From IMG/VR virus record IMGVR_UViG_3300010347_002030: a stretch of DNA of 64,000 nucleotides, one strand, 5' to 3'. This stretch comes from a virus. Lineage: Duplodnaviria > Caudoviricetes. A program made the position numbers and the translations under genes. Below, in pieces: positions 30,717 through 39,008 of the stretch (position 1 is the stretch's first letter; every line of letters begins with the position of its first letter). The notes under the pieces are model-generated. The model was not told the DNA's origin, ran no database searches, and saw only the letters and a list, made by a program, of their open reading frames with translations.

Positions 30717-31550
30717 ATGATTACATTTCTTGATTTAGGATTTCATGGAAGGATGACCAACCAGATCTTTCAATATGCTGCGTTGAGGTCAGTTGCGTTG
30801 TACAATGGATATGAGATGAAAATTCCCGACGTAACAGGAAGAGTATGTTGGGGTCAATCAAATAAGCTTCATAATTTTAATATATCGTGTTCTATTCTTA
30901 CGGATGAAGATGTAAAATCCATTCGCCACTACTACGAAGAACCATATGCCAATGAGTTTGTGTACCACGAATCGGTTTTTGAAATACAAGATTTTACCAG
31001 CATCAAAGGCTTCTTTCAACATCCTAAGTATTTTGAGCGTTACGCTTCTGAACTTAGAAAAGAGTGTTCTTTGAAAGCGCATATAATGGAAAAGAGTTCT
31101 GCCAAAATTTCTGAAATAAAATCTCGTTTTCCGAATCGGGAACTTGTTTGTCTTCATGTTCGTCGAGGAGATGCAATACCTTTATGGGATAAAATATTTC
31201 CCTCTGTTGCTTCACTTATGGAATTCATCGCTGCTGCTAAGTCATACTTTCCAAATGCGGTTTTCTTGGTGTTTTCTGGGGGAAACAAAGGGGAATTTAC
31301 CCATCCGGAAGCATACGAATTCTGCCGAAAAACATTTCAAGGAGACGAATATGTTTTCATAGAGCATAATGAGGAAGTTGTTGATATGGGTATGATGGTT
31401 CTTTGTGACCATTACATTGTTCCATTTTTTACGTCGTTTAGTCTTTGGCCAATGTTTCTCAATACCTCTCCTACGAAGAAAAGTATCTTCAAAGATGGGA
31501 ATTATAATAACACTGTCTTTCCCCGATATGACGGATGGATCTATTTATGA
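30717..31550 (+). CDS. Glycosyltransferase family 11 (alpha-1,2-fucosyl/colitosyltransferase-like)
   Basis: GRMTNQIFQYA, GFFQ..KYF, LHVRRGD, TSFSLW. Confidence 0.85.
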   Translation: MITFLDLGFHGRMTNQIFQYAALRSVALYNGYEMKIPDVTGRVCWGQSNKLHNFNISCSILTDEDVKSIRHYYEEPYANEFVYHESVFEIQDFTSIKGFFQHPKYFERYASELRKECSLKAHIMEKSSAKISEIKSRFPNRELVCLHVRRGDAIPLWDKIFPSVASLMEFIAAAKSYFPNAVFLVFSGGNKGEFTHPEAYEFCRKTFQGDEYVFIEHNEEVVDMGMMVLCDHYIVPFFTSFSLWPMFLNTSPTKKSIFKDGNYNNTVFPRYDGWIYL

Positions 31551-32401
31551 ATATGGTTATAACCCCAAAAGAGTTCCAGAAAAGGATGTGGTTCCAATAT
31601 CCTCCTAATAATATTGAACTATTTGAAGAGTATTTCTTAGATCGCTTCATTTCTGTTGATGAATGGACGTATCTTCCCATTCTCTGGACTCCTATGATTT
31701 GTCATCGGGATATAAAAGGAAATTATGATGATGTTCAAGCATTCTTAAATGAACTGGATAGGTCGAAGAGATACTTTACTATTTGTCAACATGACGATAA
31801 TATCCTAAACGATTTATCCCACTTGAACATTACTATTTTGGCGGCGGGAGGGTATGGTCGGTATCGAAAAAGAGTTTATCCATTGCCCTTGATTTGTTCC
31901 TCCAAGTCAGACCCATCACAAGTTTACCCAAAAACAATTTTTGCAAGTTTTGTTGGTGCGATAGATGCAGAGGGGGTTCGTCATCCTATTCGAGTCAAAA
32001 TGAGAGATGCGTTAAAGGGCAACTCGAAATATATTATAAAAGAAGCGAAAATGAATAATATGAGTTATCCTCATTTTATTCAAACCATGCGAAACAGTAC
32101 GTTCTCTCTTTGTCCTAGAGGTTATGGACAGACTTCCTACCGTATTTGTGAGGCATTACAGAATGATTCCATTCCTGTGTACATTTATGATGACCCGATG
32201 ATTCCATTTTTCGATGTCCTTGATTTTGAAACCTATGGGATTTTGATACACGAGCGGGATATTCCGATGCTCGATGAAGTTTTGTCGTCAAAAACACCAG
32301 AAGACATTGAAAATTATCGCCAAAACGGTAAAAAAGTGTATCAACAGTATTTCAGTTACCGGGGGTGTTATAACTCAATTTTGTTATATTTATCACAATG
32401 A
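31547..32401 (+). CDS. Exostosin / GT47-like glycosyltransferase
   Basis: SFVG, FSLCPRGYGQTSYRICEALQNDSIPVYI. Confidence 0.8.
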   Translation: MNMVITPKEFQKRMWFQYPPNNIELFEEYFLDRFISVDEWTYLPILWTPMICHRDIKGNYDDVQAFLNELDRSKRYFTICQHDDNILNDLSHLNITILAAGGYGRYRKRVYPLPLICSSKSDPSQVYPKTIFASFVGAIDAEGVRHPIRVKMRDALKGNSKYIIKEAKMNNMSYPHFIQTMRNSTFSLCPRGYGQTSYRICEALQNDSIPVYIYDDPMIPFFDVLDFETYGILIHERDIPMLDEVLSSKTPEDIENYRQNGKKVYQQYFSYRGCYNSILLYLSQ

Positions 32402-33699
32402 ATGTCCTATTCATAGAAAAAAGTCTTCGAACCGATAAGCTTGCCATCATGTATTTATCGGCGGTACTGAAAGCAGCAGGACACACAACACACCTTATTT
32501 GGGATGATATTGAATCTTCGGAAGACTACATGAAATCTCATCCAATAGATGTAGTGTGCTGGTCTATGATGACCTGTGAATCGGAGTGGATGTTTGAAAA
32601 GAACCGACAGCTCAAAGAAAAGTTTAAATTCATTTCCATTATCGGTGGTCCACATCCTACATTTTTTCCAGACGATGGAATTAAAGATCCAAATGTAGAT
32701 TATGTGGTTCAAGGTGCTGGAGAATTGGTTATCAATAAAATTCTTGCAGGGCAGGTAAACACGAAATGTATTCGTGGAGACATTCCTAATATCAACGAAC
32801 TTCCTTTTCCCGATAGGACAATTCAATATCGATACGATGAGTTTGGAAAAGCGAGAATGAAGAGGTTCATGGCCGGAAGGTATTGTTTTTTTAGTTGCAA
32901 ATATTGTTTCAACGACCGATTCAAACGATTATATACCGACCAAAAACGATCAATGTGGAACAGGCATAAAGTCAGCAGACTGATGGAGGAGATGGATGGA
33001 GTTATTAAAACGTATGGAATGGAACATGCGGTTATGAATGACGATGATATCGCCGCTGATCTAGATTGGTTAAATGAGTTTTGCGATGAAATCAAGAAGA
33101 GAAAAATCGAATGGTCGGGTCTTGTTCGTGCATCGTCTGTCACCAAAGACATTTTAGCTAAAATGAAGGATTCTGGGTGTGAGTTTTTGACATTAGCTAT
33201 CGAAAGTGCTAATGAAACGACCCAAAAGTTCCTCAATCGTGGAAACATAACCAATCAAGATGTTGAGAATGCCGTAAAATGGGCAAAGGAACTTGGGTTC
33301 AAAGTTCGATTGTTGAGCATGATAGGGTTACCTGTGGATGATCCGCTTGGAGATGCCTTGGAAACTCTGGAGTTCAATATGAGGATGCAACCTACGGAAT
33401 CCATCATTTCCGTGTTTCAACCATATCGGGGTACGGCTTTATGGGATTATTGCTTAAAAAAAGGATTGGTTGACCCCGATGTCAAAATGGGTACTTTCTA
33501 TTCTGGTTCCAAACTTAAAATTAAGGATGCGAAGAAGATTGATAGCTTGTATCATTGGTGGCCATATGCTGTAAGATATCAAATGCCAATAGATTTGGTA
33601 AAAATACTCATTGAGATAGAAATTCCTCCCGATGTACAAGATAAATTGCAACGGTATAAGTGGGAATTTGGAAAACGGGAGTTCTTCAAGGCGAGCTAA
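32398..33699 (+). CDS. B12-binding radical SAM enzyme (class B methyltransferase-like)
   Basis: GGPHPT cobalamin domain, CFFSCKYC, AIES, MIGLP. Confidence 0.88.
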   Translation: MNVLFIEKSLRTDKLAIMYLSAVLKAAGHTTHLIWDDIESSEDYMKSHPIDVVCWSMMTCESEWMFEKNRQLKEKFKFISIIGGPHPTFFPDDGIKDPNVDYVVQGAGELVINKILAGQVNTKCIRGDIPNINELPFPDRTIQYRYDEFGKARMKRFMAGRYCFFSCKYCFNDRFKRLYTDQKRSMWNRHKVSRLMEEMDGVIKTYGMEHAVMNDDDIAADLDWLNEFCDEIKKRKIEWSGLVRASSVTKDILAKMKDSGCEFLTLAIESANETTQKFLNRGNITNQDVENAVKWAKELGFKVRLLSMIGLPVDDPLGDALETLEFNMRMQPTESIISVFQPYRGTALWDYCLKKGLVDPDVKMGTFYSGSKLKIKDAKKIDSLYHWWPYAVRYQMPIDLVKILIEIEIPPDVQDKLQRYKWEFGKREFFKAS

Positions 33700-33753
33700 C
33701 AAACCTTTGCCTTTTGCCTTCCGAACTGATATTTATATCCATACGGGACTATT

Positions 33754-35343
33754 ATGAGTAATTACAAAAGCTATTTTTTGAAATCGTTAGGTCTTAAAGA
33801 AGACCTTATGGCAGGAGGAAAAGGCGATGAACTATCACCCTCTCAAATCGACCAAGAAGAACTCGAAAAAGGTATTAAAGTGGAGATGGAGCATACGCAT
33901 GATGCCGACTTGGCCAAAGAAATTGCGATGGACCATCTCGCCGAAGACCCGCACTATTATTCTCACTTGAAACAAGCTGGTATGGCTGATGAGTTGTCTG
34001 ATGGTGAAATTCCAAAAGCAACGCCGGAAAAACCTGCTATTCCTCAGCTTACCAATCTAATTTCTCCTACCGCCCGTGGTTTAATGCCTGTAATTGCTAT
34101 TGGTGTACGAGGCACCAAAACGGGTTTGCTTCCCGCTGGTGGTATTGTAGATGATCCAGAAAAAGCTCGTTTAGGTGGTTTTGAACTAGTAAAGAACCTC
34201 AAACCAAATTCCCAAGGTACGATTGCTAATACTCCGTCTTCTGATCAGATCAAGGCCGATGGTGGTCATTTTACTCCAGACAATGAAAAAATTACCAAAG
34301 GTGCTGGTCCAGAAATCAGCATTAAGGGAGATGCAACTGAACATCCAATGCAAGTTCAAAAACTGGGAAATAAACCTTTTGAAGATGATGGTACAACTCG
34401 TCGGGGTGATGATATTCCGTCTGCCGCAGGTGGAGGTGGACCTGTTGATCTGGAAACTCAGCCAGAAGCCGAAAAGGAACTCAAGAAATGTCCGTGGGGA
34501 ATTGAAATGGATGACGAAGAAGACAAAAAAGAGGGTGAGGGTGAGGGTGAGGGTGAGGATGTAAGCATTGATATTAAGGAAGGTGAAATTCCGAAAGGTT
34601 GGAAAGTTCGTGATGTAAAGTATTTTAATCCAAAAACAAAACAAACTACAGACGCTCAATGGTTATCCAAAGAAAAACCAAAGACAACCGACAAACCTGT
34701 AGAGATGAAAGAAGCCGAGACTGGCTCGGAAGTTATCGATTGGGATACATTGGTTGAACTTTGTAATGCATCTACGTTCGACACTTTCGCTGGACGTATG
34801 GATATATGGTCTCTTGCCGGATTGGAGGGGTTGAGCATGAAGGATATGGAAAATCAAACCCCAAAGATGTTTGAATTTATTTTGAAACACGCCAATGAAG
34901 CTCTATCTCAAGCTCGTAGTCGAGGAGAAAACTTGCTTCTTCCGGATATAGATACCTTAAAACAACAATGGAAAGCATCTCGTCAATCGACAAAGATTCG
35001 GAAAGATACAGTACCTCGTAATTGTAAAGTATGCGGAGCAAAATTTACTCCTAAAGGGGGCGAAGGTATTTGTCCTTCCTGTGTGACACCAAGTAAAAAT
35101 GATGATACTTTTCCAGAACAACTCAAAGAGAGGTTCATGAAACTTGCCAATGTCAAGGAATGTTCTACATGTGGATGTGATGATCCAAAAGATTCTCATG
35201 GATTGAATAAAATTCCCCAGACAAATGAAGCGGGGGCTCTTTCTGAACTTCGTGAAGTGGTTGATCGTTTGAATGCTAAGGGTAAAGTAACTCCGCTTTT
35301 GAAAAAAGCACAAGCATATCTTGCTAAAAAACAATCAAAATAA
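33754..35343 (+). CDS. Large probable virion protein, DUF5661-like N-terminus
   Basis: GGKGD...GIKVEMEHT...AKEIAMDHLAEDPHYY; acidic linkers, (EG)n, Zn ribbon; TATTTATA upstream. Confidence 0.6.
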   Translation: MSNYKSYFLKSLGLKEDLMAGGKGDELSPSQIDQEELEKGIKVEMEHTHDADLAKEIAMDHLAEDPHYYSHLKQAGMADELSDGEIPKATPEKPAIPQLTNLISPTARGLMPVIAIGVRGTKTGLLPAGGIVDDPEKARLGGFELVKNLKPNSQGTIANTPSSDQIKADGGHFTPDNEKITKGAGPEISIKGDATEHPMQVQKLGNKPFEDDGTTRRGDDIPSAAGGGGPVDLETQPEAEKELKKCPWGIEMDDEEDKKEGEGEGEGEDVSIDIKEGEIPKGWKVRDVKYFNPKTKQTTDAQWLSKEKPKTTDKPVEMKEAETGSEVIDWDTLVELCNASTFDTFAGRMDIWSLAGLEGLSMKDMENQTPKMFEFILKHANEALSQARSRGENLLLPDIDTLKQQWKASRQSTKIRKDTVPRNCKVCGAKFTPKGGEGICPSCVTPSKNDDTFPEQLKERFMKLANVKECSTCGCDDPKDSHGLNKIPQTNEAGALSELREVVDRLNAKGKVTPLLKKAQAYLAKKQSK

Positions 35344-35353
35344 TGTTATCTAA

Positions 35354-36490
35354 ATGGCCCAAACGACGAATAACTCAAACGATTCACTCGATTTGAAACA
35401 ACGGGTGGCGAGTTTGTATGCCTTCATGGCAAAACGTCTTGGAATTCGGCAAGTACCTAGAGTTACTCTAACCCAAAGTGCGGAAAACGCAGAAAATCCG
35501 TTTGGATTAACGGCTTACTATAACCAGCAAGATAGGTCTGTTCGCTTGTATGTTACGGGCAGACACCCCACTGACATTCTTCGTAGTTTTGCTCATGAGC
35601 TTATTCATCACTGGCAAAATGAGCATGGAGCACTTCCACAAGAAAAGAAAGGCGGTCACGCTCATTATGCTCAAAACGATCCTATTTTGCGTAAGCGAGA
35701 AATGGAAGCCTATCTTCTCGGAAACATTCTGTTTCGTGATTGGCAAGACGAAAATCGGTATGGTCCCGTCAATGAAAATTTGAAAATTTCAGACCCGGAT
35801 GCTGTTCAGCAAGCAATCAAACGGATGTTATTTGATTTAATCAAAACACGGGCTCTTACTTCATTTCATCGTGATTTAACATCGGGCGACATGGACCCAA
35901 AAGATTTTGTTGATGAGATTGCCAGAAAACTGGAATTGGAACTTCAAAAATACATTGAGACTGTGAACAATCGGGGTAATTGGGAGAACCAACCAAACAT
36001 GATTCGTGAAAAGCTCACCAAAAGCCAGTTGAAAGAGATTATCATGGACCGTATTTTTGAAATTGAGAAAAAACGTTCTCAAGAAAAAGGAAAGGCGACA
36101 GCTAATGATCTTTTAAGCAATCATAAAGCATGGATTAGGCTTTACCTTGCTCAGAAAGACGAGAATAGGAAAAAAAGAGCGAAATATTATTTTATTGGCT
36201 TTGAAAATCCTCATTTCTGTTGGTATTGGGATGCCAAGAAGAAGAAAATTGTTGCCAAATACGGTAAAGATCATCTGAGAAATTTTGGTCCCGAAGAACC
36301 CTATAAAACATTCCGTGGAAGGTATGATGTCAAAACCAACGAATTGAGTGTAACAATTCCGGAACAGGGAGAAGACTCTCTTCAAAAGTTCACCGGAGAT
36401 CCCAAGAAAGATTTACCACCTGAATTGCTTGTGGCTCTTGAAAAAACCTTCCCCGGCCATAAACTTGTGTATTTTCCGTTTGTAGTCTAA
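35354..36490 (+). CDS. Zincin-like (HExxH) protein
   Basis: RHPTDILRSFAHELIHHWQ ... EMEAY. Confidence 0.7.
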   Translation: MAQTTNNSNDSLDLKQRVASLYAFMAKRLGIRQVPRVTLTQSAENAENPFGLTAYYNQQDRSVRLYVTGRHPTDILRSFAHELIHHWQNEHGALPQEKKGGHAHYAQNDPILRKREMEAYLLGNILFRDWQDENRYGPVNENLKISDPDAVQQAIKRMLFDLIKTRALTSFHRDLTSGDMDPKDFVDEIARKLELELQKYIETVNNRGNWENQPNMIREKLTKSQLKEIIMDRIFEIEKKRSQEKGKATANDLLSNHKAWIRLYLAQKDENRKKRAKYYFIGFENPHFCWYWDAKKKKIVAKYGKDHLRNFGPEEPYKTFRGRYDVKTNELSVTIPEQGEDSLQKFTGDPKKDLPPELLVALEKTFPGHKLVYFPFVV

Positions 36491-36495
36491 TACAT

Positions 36496-36897
36496 ATGAG
36501 TGATGAAACAATTAATAGGTTCTCTGAGTTTGATATTATGGCTGCTCTTCATCAGAGGTTGGCCAGCAAAGCAACGGAAACATCTTCTACTCGTTCCTCC
36601 ACGGGTAAAACCGTTATTGATCCCTATCAAATGATGCTTGCTCGTAAGAAGCAAAATAAAGAAGAGGTTCTATCTCCCGTTCAAACTTGGCCAGAAGAAG
36701 ATGTAAAAAAACTCGAAGAATTTTGCCGTCAACATGGAATTCTTGGGTTTAATTGTGGCTCCATGAGTCCATTGGCAGCACTCGCTTTCCTCAAACAAAA
36801 GCTCGGAATTGTTGATACACCTTCGCAAACCGAGGGTTATGGACCAAATTATCCCTATACCGAAGCCTTAAAGAAAAGAATGATTCTGCACGGTTAA
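36496..36897 (+). CDS. Hypothetical protein
   Basis: 133-aa co-oriented ORF. Confidence 0.6.
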   Translation: MSDETINRFSEFDIMAALHQRLASKATETSSTRSSTGKTVIDPYQMMLARKKQNKEEVLSPVQTWPEEDVKKLEEFCRQHGILGFNCGSMSPLAALAFLKQKLGIVDTPSQTEGYGPNYPYTEALKKRMILHG

Positions 36898-36923
36898 CCT
36901 TATAAATATCTACTTATTGGTGT

Positions 36924-37880
36924 ATGAACTACTTCAAACAAGCCATTACGGGTATTCTTTTGGTGGGAGTCTTATTTTTAGCTGGATGTGAGACGCCACG
37001 GATTTTTGGAAAGAAATCTCAGGCAGAATCTAATGCAAAAGCCAAAGTACAAAATGTCGAAGCTCAAATTGAGGCTAATCTAAAAGACAAGCTGGACCAA
37101 GTTGCAAATATTACGTATGGTGTTGGTTATGCATTGGGAAAGGAAGAGAATCCATCCAAAGCTGTTGAAATAGCAAAGGACTTGAATAACCGAGCAGCTT
37201 CTCTTACTGGTGCTCCTACCGTCGAAGAGATGAAAAAAATGAAGCAGATGATTGATGATTTAACATCTCAGCTTGCAACCGAAGTTGCACGGGGACAAAA
37301 AGCGTTGGAAGCAAAGGATAATGAACTTTACGCCATTCAACTCCGTTCTAAATTACTCGTTGAAGCAAAAGATAAGGAAATTCAGAAGTACATGAAACTG
37401 GCGCAAGATACTGCCATGAAAGCAGATGCAATTCAGGCAAAGTTAGATGATATGAACAGTTTTATGGGATTGGGTGCTATTTGGTATGGCGTGAAACGTC
37501 TTGTAACTAGTTTGTCATGGATACTAATAATTGGTTCTATTCTCTTTCTTGTTCTTCGGTTTGCATCAATGTCGAGTCCTGTGGCGGCGTCTATCTTTTC
37601 GATTTTTGAGACTATAGCGAGTTGGGTTATCAATCTTATCAAGCTTATTGTTCCAAAAGCCGTTGAAGTGGCTGGTCATACCGCAACCGCCGTAGCGAAC
37701 AAATATCGGGATATTATGACCAAGATGATTGATAACATTGAAAATCTCAAACAAATCCAGAAACGAGACCCGACACGTAAGTTTACCATCGATGAACTTC
37801 TCAATGAACTTTCTAAATCTATGAACACGGATGAGAAGGAAATGGTTGAAAAAATAAAACATGACATTGGTTATAATTGA
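36924..37880 (+). CDS. Lipoprotein with long coiled coil and C-terminal TM helices (spanin-like candidate)
   Basis: Lipobox LAG-C22; heptad-rich middle; hydrophobic LSWILIIGSILFLVL and IFSIFETIASWVINLI. Confidence 0.65.
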   Translation: MNYFKQAITGILLVGVLFLAGCETPRIFGKKSQAESNAKAKVQNVEAQIEANLKDKLDQVANITYGVGYALGKEENPSKAVEIAKDLNNRAASLTGAPTVEEMKKMKQMIDDLTSQLATEVARGQKALEAKDNELYAIQLRSKLLVEAKDKEIQKYMKLAQDTAMKADAIQAKLDDMNSFMGLGAIWYGVKRLVTSLSWILIIGSILFLVLRFASMSSPVAASIFSIFETIASWVINLIKLIVPKAVEVAGHTATAVANKYRDIMTKMIDNIENLKQIQKRDPTRKFTIDELLNELSKSMNTDEKEMVEKIKHDIGYN

Positions 37881-37894
37881 TAATATTTATACCT

Positions 37895-38593
37895 ATGACA
37901 AAGTACGATTTGCAAAACCTTGTTGTTGAATGTTTGCAAGACTATTTTGCTGCATCCGCACCAACTATTAAGGAAAACACAACTATGAAAAAATCCGAAC
38001 TCAAAGCTCTTGTAACCGAGGTTGTAAAACAATGCGTTAAAGAGGCTGGACCCCAGTATAAGGTTCGTGGTAAAAAATCTCAACTGGAACAACCGGGGCT
38101 TCGTAATAAAGCTCGTGAAATGCAATGTGATCCTGAAATTAACGAAGTTGCCCCTCCCGGTGGTGAAGATGTCGTAAAAGCCTTGAAAAAGAAATCTAAT
38201 GTTGACAATCCTTGGGCAGTAGCATGGTCTATGAAGAAGAAGGGCCAGATTGAAGGCGAAAGTCCCGTGGATGGTCTCGAAGATTCCCCAGAAGAACATG
38301 CCTACGACGAGGCCGAAGAAGTCGAACTCCTTAAGCAATTGGGTCAAATTGTGCTGAGATTGCTTCAAATGCATCGTGGTAAAGACATTACTGGTAATGA
38401 AACTGATGATGAAGTTCCTTTGAAGGATGTTCCCGAAAAGGATGAAATCGAGCCAGAACCGGAAGAAGATGAGGAATCCGAACTTCAAGAATCGAATTAT
38501 CGAGTTCAACACAGGTCCGGAAAAACAGTTAAGGACTATCCCGGTAATCCTGATCCCGCTGGTAAGAGAGACCCAGAAGTTCCTGAGCCTTAA
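37895..38593 (+). CDS. Hypothetical acidic (probable virion) protein
   Basis: MKKSELKALVTEVVK, NPWAVAW; TATTTATA directly upstream. Confidence 0.6.
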   Translation: MTKYDLQNLVVECLQDYFAASAPTIKENTTMKKSELKALVTEVVKQCVKEAGPQYKVRGKKSQLEQPGLRNKAREMQCDPEINEVAPPGGEDVVKALKKKSNVDNPWAVAWSMKKKGQIEGESPVDGLEDSPEEHAYDEAEEVELLKQLGQIVLRLLQMHRGKDITGNETDDEVPLKDVPEKDEIEPEPEEDEESELQESNYRVQHRSGKTVKDYPGNPDPAGKRDPEVPEP

Positions 38594-38663
38594 TATAATA
38601 AACGAATAAAATAAGTTGCTTTTCGGATTTTATACGCCATAGTGCTATCTAAGATAAAGTGCT

Positions 38664-39008
38664 ATGGCGTATTTTCTGTACTACTTATCGTCAGAAAGGA
38701 TACATACAAATATGCAAATTTACATTACAGATACAACATTAAGACCTCCACAGGATAAGGTTTTTAACGACTATCCATCTGCGGTTAAATACCTTGAAGG
38801 AATGTCTCAACGGGCGTTTGGCCAAACTCGAAAGAAGTACATGCTGTTTTTGGAATCGATGGGGTATGGTGAAGATGATCCAACATCGGTGACATTTGTT
38901 CGTTCGATGGCTGAACGGTTCAATATCGGCATTATCCGTGAAGGCCGCAAAATGCGATGTGATATTACTACGGCTTTTGTGTTTAATAAGCCCGAATATG
39001 GATCTTAA
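38664..39008 (+). CDS. Hypothetical protein
   Basis: ORF ahead of the helicase; true start may be the ATG at 38712 after GAAAGGA. Confidence 0.55.
   Translation: MAYFLYYLSSERIHTNMQIYITDTTLRPPQDKVFNDYPSAVKYLEGMSQRAFGQTRKKYMLFLESMGYGEDDPTSVTFVRSMAERFNIGIIREGRKMRCDITTAFVFNKPEYGS

Noticed and set aside
34531-34557. (GAGGGT)n microsatellite; also poly-Glu codons near 16841-16870
   Set aside because: In-frame low-complexity acidic linkers with no sign of a separate function
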